64,000 bases of DNA from Eubacteriales bacterium (lineage in GTDB: Bacteria > Bacillota > Clostridia > Oscillospirales > SIG627), in contig JAZOLO010000008.1 in assembly GCA_045653035.1 (NCBI GenBank), positions 73,067-137,066 of the forward strand, given 5' to 3'. Both the position numbers and the translations under genes were made by a program. This document shows positions 40,669-49,084 of this stretch, one piece after another. The notes under the pieces were generated by a model that was given only the letters and a program-made list of their open reading frames with translations, had not been told where the DNA came from and searched no databases. Every line of letters starts with the position of its first letter. The first letter of the stretch is position 1.

Positions 40669-41601
40669 CTATATTTTTTCTGCTCCTCGAAGCTTTGCAC
40701 TTCTTGAACGGCTGTTTTCTTCAAGCTCGTTCTCACTTGCAGTAATAGGCTTTCTTGTAAGATTTACTATTTCGGGTTTAAATCCGCATACACATACGGG
40801 GAAGCTCGGCGGACAGGTGCATCCGTCGGTTTTTGCACGAAAGACTTCCTTGACAGCTCTGTCTTCAAGGGAATGAAAGGTAATAACTGCAAGTCTTCCC
40901 TTCTCTGCAAGGCAGTCAATCATTGACTCAACTGCACCCTTAAGCATTCCTATTTCGTCGTTTACTTCTATTCTTAGTGCCTGAAACGTTCTTCGTGCAG
41001 GATGCTTATCAATCTGTGATGCACGAGGCATAGCACTCTTTATTATCTCTACCAGTTCAAAGGTAGTTTCTATTTCTTTCTTTTCTCTTGATTTAACTAT
41101 CTCTCTCGCTATACGAGATGCAAACTTTTCTTCGCCGTACTCCGATATAACTCTTGTAAGCTCGTTCTCGGAATAGGTGTTTACAAGTGTTTTTGCATCA
41201 AAGTGCTCAGTTCTTGTCATTCTCATGTCAAGAGGGGCATCGGCATGGTAGGAAAACCCTCTCTCTGCCGTATCAAGCTGATAAGAGGATACTCCAAGGT
41301 CTGCAGTTATTCCGTCTACCTTTTCGATACCAAGCTCCGAGAGTATGTATTTTATATTTTTGAAATTATCGTTTACAAAGGTTACTCTGTCCGACCACGC
41401 TTCAAGTCTTTTTTTGCCCGCCTCAATGGCATCGGCATCACGGTCTATTGCTATAAGGCGACCTGTGGTAAGTCTTTTAGCAATTTCAGAGGAATGTCCT
41501 CCTCCACCCATGGTACAGTCAACGTATATTCCGTCGGGCTTTACCGCAAGCATATCCACCGTTTCACGAAGCATTACCGAATAGTGCCTAAACTCACCCA
41601 T
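40669..41601 (-). CDS. rsmH: 16S rRNA (cytosine1402-N4)-methyltransferase
   Basis: [18 protein letters not shown] and SLEDR motifs are present. Confidence 0.9.
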   Translation of the reverse strand: MGEFRHYSVMLRETVDMLAVKPDGIYVDCTMGGGGHSSEIAKRLTTGRLIAIDRDADAIEAGKKRLEAWSDRVTFVNDNFKNIKYILSELGIEKVDGITADLGVSSYQLDTAERGFSYHADAPLDMRMTRTEHFDAKTLVNTYSENELTRVISEYGEEKFASRIAREIVKSREKKEIETTFELVEIIKSAMPRASQIDKHPARRTFQALRIEVNDEIGMLKGAVESMIDCLAEKGRLAVITFHSLEDRAVKEVFRAKTDGCTCPPSFPVCVCGFKPEIVNLTRKPITASENELEENSRSRSAKLRGAEKI

Positions 41602-42020
41602 CAGAAACCGAGCTCCGTTAAGGTTTCGAGCATATCATCGGGCTTCTGGTCTTCCATATATCCGTTATATCTTTCAACGTTCCAAATTTCGGCGTGGTCG
41701 TTTACACCGATTATAACAACTTCCTTTTCAATACCTGCGTATTCGCGAAGCTGTTGTGATAAAACAACTCTTCCCTGTGCATCGGTACTTGCCTCAACTG
41801 CTGTAGAGAAAACGAAACGTCTTATCCCTCTTGCCTTGGTTTCTGGGAGCACCGAAAGCTTTGCAACGTATGCTTCCCACATTTCCATGGAGTATATTGC
41901 AATACAAGGGTCCATGCTCTTTGCAAGAACAAAGGTCTCACCAAGCTGTTCCTTGAGCTTTGCGGGAACAAATACACGGCCTTTAGCGTCTACGTTATAA
42001 TCAAACTGACCAAGTAACAT
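41601..42020 (-). CDS. mraZ: Transcriptional regulator MraZ
   Basis: [19 protein letters not shown]... has two SpoVT/AbrB-like halves. The start was placed at the ATG (MLLG) rather than the upstream GTG. Confidence 0.9.
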   Translation of the reverse strand: MLLGQFDYNVDAKGRVFVPAKLKEQLGETFVLAKSMDPCIAIYSMEMWEAYVAKLSVLPETKARGIRRFVFSTAVEASTDAQGRVVLSQQLREYAGIEKEVVIIGVNDHAEIWNVERYNGYMEDQKPDDMLETLTELGF

Positions 42021-42080
42021 GATTTGCACCCCTTCCCCTTAAAAATTGTGGAAAACTCTGTGGGTTTTGTGGGAAATTCA

Positions 42081-42105
42081 TCCATCTCTCACCACTTTTC
42101 ACCAC
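42081..42105 (-). promoter_or_regulatory. Candidate MraZ operator: GTGGT-N5-GTGGT-N5-ATGGA direct repeats
   Basis: The minus strand reads GTGGTgaaaaGTGGTgagagATGGA, starting 10 nt after the -10 box. The periodicity matches the described MraZ repeat architecture. Confidence 0.55.
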
Positions 42106-42115
42106 TTCTGCATAT

Positions 42116-42144
42116 ATTATAAACTACTTGAGGGGAAATTTCAA
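42116..42144 (-). promoter_or_regulatory. dcw (mraZ) promoter
   Basis: TTGAAA-N17-TATAAT on the minus strand. Confidence 0.6.
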
Positions 42145-42151
42145 GTAGTTT

Positions 42152-42628
42152 TTAAATATTTTTGTAGAAATATTCAGCTGTTTTTTGTGCATTTTGCGGT
42201 ATAAGCTTTTTCCAGTCCCCACCGTCTTTTATCAGGGAACGGACAAGTGTTGAGGATATTTCCTCTTTCTCCTCATCGGCAAAGGAGAAAATAGTTTCAA
42301 CACCCGAGTGCGAAAAGTTAAAACGTGCCATTTCCTTCTCATATTCAAGGTCGCGTGCGTTACGTATTCCCTTGAATAAAACAGAGTCGGGACTTTTTTT
42401 GAGATACTCATAGAGCCACCCTTTGTGCTCCTCTGCCCTGACGTTTGGAAACGCTTCTGCCGTAAGCCTTACAAGCTCAAGACGCTGTTCGGGAGTGAGA
42501 AGCGTTACCTTGTTGAAATTCTGGCAGACTAGCACTACCACCTCGTCAAAAATAACACTAGCCTTTTTTATAAGAGCCTCATGACCCGTAGTTATAGGGT
42601 CAAAGGTACCTGTAATAATTGCTTTCAT
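42152..42628 (-). CDS. coaD: Phosphopantetheine adenylyltransferase
   Basis: GTFDPITTGHEALI (HxGH type) is present, and the length is 158 aa. Confidence 0.9.
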   Translation of the reverse strand: MKAIITGTFDPITTGHEALIKKASVIFDEVVVLVCQNFNKVTLLTPEQRLELVRLTAEAFPNVRAEEHKGWLYEYLKKSPDSVLFKGIRNARDLEYEKEMARFNFSHSGVETIFSFADEEKEEISSTLVRSLIKDGGDWKKLIPQNAQKTAEYFYKNI

Positions 42629-43176
42629 TGTTTTTTCCCTATCATGTGAACGTAAGTTTTTCCATATTTATACTTCTTCTTTATTTCGATGCCGTATTCT
42701 TCCACGCCCTCAAGCTCGATTTCAGAGTCCTCACCCTCGCAAATAATAATTCCATCCTCATGAAGAACGCCGTACTTCATTATCTTCTTTACTACCTCGG
42801 GAATAAGCTTCTTACCGTAAGGCGGGTCAACGAATATAAAATGGAAGGTGTCAGAGCTTTTCTTAAGAAAATCGGTAAAATCCATCCTTACTATTCTGCA
42901 CTGTGAAAAGAGCTTTGATTTCTGTGCATTCTTTTTTACCATATCAACGGATGCCTGTGATTCGTCTACGAACACTGCACTTTCGGCGCCACGGCTGAGG
43001 GCTTCAAGACCAAGCTGACCGCTTCCCGCAAAAAGGTCAAGTACCCTTCTTGAGTCAAGGTCGAACTGAATTGCACTGAATATACCCTCCTTTGCCATTT
43101 CGGTGGTGGGGCGTACTGCATCCCCTGCTACTGTATCAAGCTTTATTCCTCTTGCTTTTCCTGTAATTATTCTCAT
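42625..43176 (-). CDS. rsmD: 16S rRNA (guanine966-N2)-methyltransferase
   Basis: MRIITGKARG, VLDLFAGSGQLGLEALSRGA and DPPY motifs are present. It overlaps coaD by 4 nt. Confidence 0.9.
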   Translation of the reverse strand: MRIITGKARGIKLDTVAGDAVRPTTEMAKEGIFSAIQFDLDSRRVLDLFAGSGQLGLEALSRGAESAVFVDESQASVDMVKKNAQKSKLFSQCRIVRMDFTDFLKKSSDTFHFIFVDPPYGKKLIPEVVKKIMKYGVLHEDGIIICEGEDSEIELEGVEEYGIEIKKKYKYGKTYVHMIGKKQ

Positions 43177-43482
43177 TTATTCTCTCCAATTTTTAAGTTT
43201 ATAGATTATGATGCTTATTCATATCACATCTGCCGAAATAATGGTATCCCTCACATACTTAGTTCACAATATGTCCCTCGTTCATATACTCTTCAATAAG
43301 AGGCATAAGCGATACAGCTATAACACTATGCTTCTCATGATCCTAATATATAATTCTCACCTATACCGACGAACACGTTTGTAATATATGAATTTAAAAT
43401 TAACAGATATATTTATTTTGTAACATAAAACGCAAAAAAAGTCAAGAAAAAGAGTTGTTTTGCAGTATTTTTCTCTTTTCTA

Positions 43483-43512
43483 TTGACAACGATACAAATA
43501 TTCGTTTATAAT
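43483..43512 (+). promoter_or_regulatory. gdhA promoter
   Basis: TTGACA-N18-TATAAT. Confidence 0.55.
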
Positions 43513-43544
43513 GTATTTATTATTTTTCAAGGAGGAATAAACAA

Positions 43545-44891
43545 ATGAAAAATCAGTATATGTTAAGCGTTCTCGAGAACGTAAAGAAGAGAAATGCAAA
43601 TGAGCCCGAATTCATTCAAACTGTCGAAGAAGTTTTTGAAAGTATCGAGCCCGTTATAGATGCTCGTCCCGATTTTGTTGATGCAGGAATTCTTGAAAGA
43701 ATAGTTGAACCCGAAAGACAGATTACCTTCAGAGTACCGTGGGTTGATGACAACGGCAAGGTTCAGGTAAACCGTGGCTTCAGAGTTCAGTTCAACTCCG
43801 CTATAGGTCCTTACAAGGGCGGTATCAGATTTGCCCCCAACGTATACTCCGGTATTATGAAATTTCTCGGCTTTGAGCAGACCTTTAAGAACAGCCTCAC
43901 CTCCCTCCCCATGGGTGGTGCAAAGGGCGGTGCAGACTTTGACCCTCAGGGCAAGTCCGATGCAGAGGTTATGCGTTTCTGCCATAGCTTTATGACAGAG
44001 CTTTCACGCCACATTGGTGCAGACATTGACGTACCCGCAGGCGATATCGGCGTTGGTGCAAGAGAAATAGGCTATATGTTCGGTCAGTACAAGAGACTCA
44101 AAAACGAGTTCACAGGAGTTCTTACAGGAAAGGGACTTTCCTTCGGTGGCTCACTTATCAGGCCCGAGGCAACAGGCTACGGTGCCGTATATTATATGGT
44201 AGAAATGCTCAAGCACTTCGGCGATGATATCAACGGCAAAACTGTTGCTATATCAGGCTTCGGAAACGTTGCTTGGGGTACTGCAAAGAAGATTGCAGAG
44301 CTTGGAGGTAAGGTTGTTACCATTTCAGGTCCCGACGGATACATATATGACGAAGACGGTGTAATTACCGAAGAAAAGATAAACTTCATGCTTGAAATGC
44401 GTGCTTCATGTCGCAACAGAGTAGAGGATTATGCTGACAAGTTCGGTGTTCCCTTCTTCAAGGGCGAAAAGCCTTGGGGAATTAAGGCAGATATTATCAT
44501 GCCTTGTGCAACACAGAATGAGGTTGGAATGGCAGAAGCAGAAAAGATAGTTGCAAACGGCATTAAGTACTACGTTGAGGTTTCCAATATGCCTACCACA
44601 AACGAGGCACTTGCATACCTTAAGGCAAACGGCTTGAAGATTGCTCCTTCCAAGGCTGTTAATGCAGGAGGTGTTGCGACGTCAGGTCTTGAAATGTCTC
44701 AGAACTCCATGCGTTACAGCTGGATGGCCGAAGAGGTTGACGAAAAGCTCCACCAGATAATGAAGAATATCTTCGACAGCTCAATTAAAGCGGCAAACGA
44801 ATACGGCTTCGGCGACGACCTTGTTGCAGGTGCAAACATTGCAGGCTTCCTCAAGGTTGCAGAGGCTATGAAAGCTCAGGGTTGCGTATAA
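43545..44891 (+). CDS. gdhA: NAD(P)-specific glutamate dehydrogenase (hexameric GdhA type)
   Basis: GPYKGGIRF, LPMGGAKGG and GFGNVAWG motifs are present. Confidence 0.9.
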   Translation: MKNQYMLSVLENVKKRNANEPEFIQTVEEVFESIEPVIDARPDFVDAGILERIVEPERQITFRVPWVDDNGKVQVNRGFRVQFNSAIGPYKGGIRFAPNVYSGIMKFLGFEQTFKNSLTSLPMGGAKGGADFDPQGKSDAEVMRFCHSFMTELSRHIGADIDVPAGDIGVGAREIGYMFGQYKRLKNEFTGVLTGKGLSFGGSLIRPEATGYGAVYYMVEMLKHFGDDINGKTVAISGFGNVAWGTAKKIAELGGKVVTISGPDGYIYDEDGVITEEKINFMLEMRASCRNRVEDYADKFGVPFFKGEKPWGIKADIIMPCATQNEVGMAEAEKIVANGIKYYVEVSNMPTTNEALAYLKANGLKIAPSKAVNAGGVATSGLEMSQNSMRYSWMAEEVDEKLHQIMKNIFDSSIKAANEYGFGDDLVAGANIAGFLKVAEAMKAQGCV

Positions 44892-45125
44892 TATAAAAAA
44901 AGGTGCAGCGATACACCCTTTCTTTGAAGTAAGAAGAGTACCGAAGAGGTAAGAAGCGAGGACAATTTGCTACGGCAAATTCACATTTTAGTTATGGCTT
45001 TCCAAAACCTTTCTTCCTTATATTGAAAAAATAGAGCCATAAAAATACTTTTTATAGCTCTTTTATTGCATTTTATATTTTGTTATGGTATAATAGGTCG
45101 TTATTTGAGTAATCAGGAGGAGAAT

Positions 45126-46343
45126 ATGAAAGAGTTTAAAAGATCAAACAAACTCGCACTTGTACATTCTGATATAAGGGGTCCCGTTTTCCAGGAGGCT
45201 CTCCGAATGGAAAAAGCAGGAGACAAGGTACTCAAGCTCAACACAGGTAACCCAGGAAAATTTGGCTTCGGTATGCCCGACAGCGTAAAGGAAGCTCTTG
45301 CAAATCATCTTGACGAAGCAGTTCCCTACTGTGACCTTAAGGGTATGCCTGCAGCACGTGCCGCTATCAAGGCTTACCATGAGTCCACAGGAATTGAATA
45401 CGTTGATGAAAACAATATCTTTGTAGGTAACGGTGTAAGTGAAGTTGTCAGCATGGTTACTACCGCTTTCCTTAACGAAGGTGACGAGATACTCGTTCCC
45501 TGCCCCTGCTACTCCATCTGGCCTAACTGTACTTACATAGCAGGGGCCGTGCCCGTTCACTATATGTGTGACGAGCAGTCGAACTGGTATCCCGACATTG
45601 AGGATATCAAGAAGAAAATTACACCCAAGACAAGAGCAATTCTTATCATAAACCCCAACAACCCCACAGGTGCTGTTTACCCTAAAGAAATTCTTGAACA
45701 GATTGCGGATATTGCAAGAGAACACGACCTTGTTATCTTTGCTGACGAAATCTACGACAGACTTCTTATGGACGGCATCAAGCACACACCTATGGCGAGC
45801 GTTGCTCCCGACGTGCTTGTTGTTACCATGAACGGTCTTTCCAAGTCTCACATTGTTTGCGGCTTCCGTTGCGGTTGGATGGTTATTACAGGTCCTACAG
45901 AAGAAGCACGTGACTTCATCGAGGGTATTGTAGCTCTTGCTTCTATGAGACTTTGCTCCAACGCTTTGATGCAGCTCGTTATTCCCGCAGCCCTTCAAGA
46001 CAGAGCAAGTACCGAAGCAATGATGGTACCTGGTGGCAGACTCTACGAGCAGAGAGAGGCGGCTTGCCGTGCTATGGACGAAAGCCCTGAGCTTACCTAC
46101 GTTAAGAACCACGCAGCGTTCTATATGTTCCCTAAGTTTGATGCAAAGAAGCACAACATTACAGACGACAGAAAGTTTGCATACGACCTTCTCAAAGCAA
46201 AGAAAATTCTTATCGTTCCGGGTAGCGGATTTGACTATCCCACTCCCGACCATTTCAGAATAGTTATGCTTCCCAAGCCCGACGACCTCTACCACGCAAT
46301 GACCGAAATCGGCGACTTCCTCGAAAGCTACAAGCAAAACTGA
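45126..46343 (+). CDS. Class I pyridoxal-phosphate aminotransferase (AlaA-like)
   Basis: NPNNPTGAVY and LSKSHIVCGFRCGW (PLP lysine) are present. The start was placed at MKEFK, which has an AGGAGG RBS. Confidence 0.8.
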   Translation: MKEFKRSNKLALVHSDIRGPVFQEALRMEKAGDKVLKLNTGNPGKFGFGMPDSVKEALANHLDEAVPYCDLKGMPAARAAIKAYHESTGIEYVDENNIFVGNGVSEVVSMVTTAFLNEGDEILVPCPCYSIWPNCTYIAGAVPVHYMCDEQSNWYPDIEDIKKKITPKTRAILIINPNNPTGAVYPKEILEQIADIAREHDLVIFADEIYDRLLMDGIKHTPMASVAPDVLVVTMNGLSKSHIVCGFRCGWMVITGPTEEARDFIEGIVALASMRLCSNALMQLVIPAALQDRASTEAMMVPGGRLYEQREAACRAMDESPELTYVKNHAAFYMFPKFDAKKHNITDDRKFAYDLLKAKKILIVPGSGFDYPTPDHFRIVMLPKPDDLYHAMTEIGDFLESYKQN

Positions 46344-46351
46344 CAAAAAGC

Positions 46352-46385
46352 AACACGCTCTCAATAGGAGAGCGTGTTTTATTGT
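46352..46385 (+). terminator. Intrinsic terminator after the aminotransferase
   Basis: aacacgctctc-N5-gagagcgtgtt plus a T run. Confidence 0.85.
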
Positions 46386-46466
46386 TGTTTTATTTGGTTT
46401 TTGATTAAGTTTTTAGCTTTTTCCAAAAAAACTGTGGATTATTTTTGATTTTTGTGTTGTTTTGTA

Positions 46467-46494
46467 TTGACTTTTCAAAAGTTTGTGATACAAT
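46467..46494 (+). promoter_or_regulatory. Aldolase promoter
   Basis: TTGACT-N16-TACAAT with an upstream TG (extended -10). Confidence 0.5.
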
Positions 46495-46538
46495 GTATAT
46501 AGAAAATAAACTATGTATACATATAGGAGGACTTTCAA

Positions 46539-47471
46539 ATGCTTGTTAATATGAATGAAGTGCTCTATCCTGCAAAAAAGGGTAAGTACGGTATCGGACT
46601 TTTTAACGCTGTTAACCTTGAGCTTGCACGCGGTATCATTTCTGCTGCTGAACAGACAGGCTCTCCCGTTATTATGGGTACTGCAGAAGTACTCTTCCCC
46701 TACGGACCTCTCGAAGAGGTTTCCTACTACCTCATCCCTATGGCAAAGAAGGCTAAGGTGCCCGTAGTTGTTCACCTTGACCACGGTCTTAAGAAAGAGA
46801 CTTGTATCAAGGCTCTTGAGCTTGGCTTTACATCTATCATGTACGACTGCTCTACCGACCCTTACGAAGAGAACATCAAGAAGGTTCGTGAAATGGCTGA
46901 CATTGCACACTCTTACGGTGCTACCATTGAGGGTGAGCTCGGTCACGTAGGCGGAGCAGAGGGTGCAACAGAGGCTTCCATGGAGGACGCTTCTAAGTTC
47001 TACACAGACCCCGAACAGGCAAGAGACTTTGTTGAGAGAACAAAGGTTGACGCTCTTGCGATTGCTGTAGGTACTGCACACGGTGCTTACAAGCTCCCCC
47101 CCAAGCTTGACTTTGAAAGAATTGAAACTATCGCAAATACAATTGACGTTCCCCTTGTACTTCACGGCGGTTCAGGTCTTACAGACTACGACTTCAAAAC
47201 CGCTATCGAAAAGGGTATCAGCAAGGTTAACATCTTCACAGATATTAACATTGCTGCAGTTGAAGCTGAATTCCGTGCATTCACAGATATGAATAAGGGT
47301 ATTATCGACCTTATCCCTGCATCTGTTGAAGCTATCAAGAAGGCAGTTATCAAGAAGCTTGAGCTTTTCGGAAGCTGTGGCACAGCAGTTAGCTACGGTG
47401 TTAAGGCTACCGACGAGCTTGTTGCAAGAATTACAAGAGAGGTTCTTGAACAGCTTAAGAACGGCAAGTAA
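46539..47471 (+). CDS. fba: Class II ketose-bisphosphate aldolase (fructose/tagatose-bisphosphate aldolase family)
   Basis: VHLDHG, GELG and LVLHGGSG motifs are present. Confidence 0.85.
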   Translation: MLVNMNEVLYPAKKGKYGIGLFNAVNLELARGIISAAEQTGSPVIMGTAEVLFPYGPLEEVSYYLIPMAKKAKVPVVVHLDHGLKKETCIKALELGFTSIMYDCSTDPYEENIKKVREMADIAHSYGATIEGELGHVGGAEGATEASMEDASKFYTDPEQARDFVERTKVDALAIAVGTAHGAYKLPPKLDFERIETIANTIDVPLVLHGGSGLTDYDFKTAIEKGISKVNIFTDINIAAVEAEFRAFTDMNKGIIDLIPASVEAIKKAVIKKLELFGSCGTAVSYGVKATDELVARITREVLEQLKNGK

Positions 47472-47511
47472 AAAAATTGAGGACGCTTTCAGCGTCCTGT
47501 CAGCCTGTCGT

Positions 47512-47549
47512 AAAAAGTCCATCTCGCTTATGCGAAGATGGACTTTTTT
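47512..47549 (+). terminator. Intrinsic terminator after the aldolase
   Basis: gtccatct-N11-agatggac followed by TTTTTT. Confidence 0.85.
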
Positions 47550-47630
47550 GATATAGAAAGAAAGTAATTCAGAGTATATGAAGTTTCTCGTAGTGGATAT
47601 TAGATTGGAAAATTCAAAGATGTGCTTCTT

Positions 47631-47656
47631 TCACACTTCCAATATTGGAAGTGTGA
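47631..47656. repeat. Perfect 26 bp palindrome TCACACTTCCAAT/ATTGGAAGTGTGA
   Basis: Read directly from the sequence. It lies in a convergent intergenic region and has no flanking T tract. Confidence 0.9.
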
Positions 47657-47819
47657 TGACTTGAACCAAGTTATTACCGACCTGTCTTTTACTTCAATTA
47701 CATAAAACCTATTGGGAAGTTAAACCGAAAACCGCCTGTTCAATTCATGATTGAACAGGCAGCTTAATAATTTTTGTGTCTACAAAGTATTGACTACTTC
47801 ATTAAATGCACATCACTTA

Positions 47820-48716
47820 TTATCTTATTTTCTTGAAATTACCACAGGTTTCGTTTACTGTTTCACAAAATGCAAAAGTATCTCCATATTTGTTAAGTAT
47901 ATTTTTGAAATCTGCTATCTGGTGATTATTGACAACGCAAATAAGAACAGTTTTTTCTTCCTTGCTATGAGAGCCAAGAGCTGTAATCTGTGTTGAGCCG
48001 TGTCGTAAATATTTAGTAATGTCTTCTGTTATCTCATTAGGATGTGAAGTGATTACCGTAAATTTAGAGGCGGATTTCGAGCCTCTTATTATATGGCTTC
48101 CAACGAAGCTTGACAAGAAACAATAGAGTATGCAAAGGCACACCGGCCTGTAGTCGTAGATGAGCGAGCCTGTGCCATCCGGCTTTGCATAAACGAAGAA
48201 TGAGGTTATTGCTACCGCAGTATTTATAGTAAAAGTCACCCAGAAAAAATCCATATGGGGGTTTTTCTTGCTTATGTATTTTGAAACTATATCAGTACCG
48301 CCCGTAGATGCATTTGACCTAAAGCAAATACCGTAAACGAAGCCACTTATAACACCGCTGAGTATTACGGGGAATACAGTATCGTGACCTCCCGCATCGT
48401 ACTGAAAAGCGGTAAGCCCCAGCTTTTGAAGATAAAGAAAAAATAAAGAATATACAAGGCAAAAAGTAAGAGAACGTTTGGCAAAAACCTTATCTACAAA
48501 AAAATATGCAAGAACACACAAAGGTACGTTTATAATAAGTGACATGTAGCCTATGCTAAAGCCAGTTTTATACTGTATCATTGTAGCAATACCGTTAAGT
48601 CCCGCAGGAGCAAAGTCATTTATGACTATAAAAAGCTGGTAGTTGAAGCCAAGAAGCATTGCCACAAGAATTATTCTCATATATGCTAAAGCAGATTGCT
48701 TTTTTGTAATTACCAT
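47820..48716 (-). CDS. YitT-family membrane protein (with C-terminal DUF2179-like domain)
   Basis: Five to six TM segments with a YitT-like pattern are followed by a soluble C-terminal domain. Confidence 0.7.
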   Translation of the reverse strand: MVITKKQSALAYMRIILVAMLLGFNYQLFIVINDFAPAGLNGIATMIQYKTGFSIGYMSLIINVPLCVLAYFFVDKVFAKRSLTFCLVYSLFFLYLQKLGLTAFQYDAGGHDTVFPVILSGVISGFVYGICFRSNASTGGTDIVSKYISKKNPHMDFFWVTFTINTAVAITSFFVYAKPDGTGSLIYDYRPVCLCILYCFLSSFVGSHIIRGSKSASKFTVITSHPNEITEDITKYLRHGSTQITALGSHSKEEKTVLICVVNNHQIADFKNILNKYGDTFAFCETVNETCGNFKKIR

Positions 48717-48914
48717 AAAATATCCTTTTTATAAATTTTCCTTTACTGTTATTAGGCAAAAAAAGTATATCACGACGTCTTTGTAAAGTCAATATTAAAT
48801 CTCTGAAATTTATCATTCCAGAGATTTCAAATTACCTTATTGCCTCCTGTCCTGTTGTGTCATACATCACACGGACGTGCTTTTCACGAATGAGCTTGTA
48901 ACACATTCCTTCAG

Positions 48915-49079
48915 TTAATTGCCTCTTTCGTATGCACAAGATTTCTTGCTTTCCTCCAAGCAAGAACAGTTATAGGGACAGCCTATACATTTTTTACCAC
49001 GTTTTTTTGATTTATAAATATAAACAGCTATCAATATAACCAAAACCACAAGAATTGATATTATTATAAAGTTTTCCAT
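48915..49079 (-). CDS. Small FeoB-associated Cys-rich membrane protein (54 aa; below the ORF-track cutoff)
   Basis: My translation is MENFIIISILVVLVILIAVYIYKSKKRGKKCIGCPYNCSCLEESKKSCAYERGN: one TM plus a Cys-rich tail. It starts 6 nt after the feoB stop. Confidence 0.65.
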   Translation of the reverse strand: MENFIIISILVVLVILIAVYIYKSKKRGKKCIGCPYNCSCLEESKKSCAYERGN

Positions 49080-49084
49080 AAAAC

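Noticed and set aside
41203-42000. 265 aa ORF on the plus strand
   Set aside because: It is antisense to rsmH and mraZ, both of which have strong family motifs.
43200-43345. Possible gene remnant on the minus strand (..DHEKHSVIAVSLMPLIEEYMNEGHIVN-stop) in the 368 nt rsmD-gdhA spacer
   Set aside because: Only about 27 codons lie after an in-frame stop. There is no start or RBS and I recognise no family, so it cannot be supported without a database search.
45144-46364. 406 aa ORF on the minus strand
   Set aside because: It is entirely antisense to the well-supported aminotransferase gene. Its composition is Cys/Val/Asn-rich and low-complexity, and it has no RBS, so it is a shadow ORF.
46413-47165. 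250 aa ORF on the minus strand
   Set aside because: It is antisense to the class II aldolase gene and runs through that gene's promoter region, so it is a shadow ORF.
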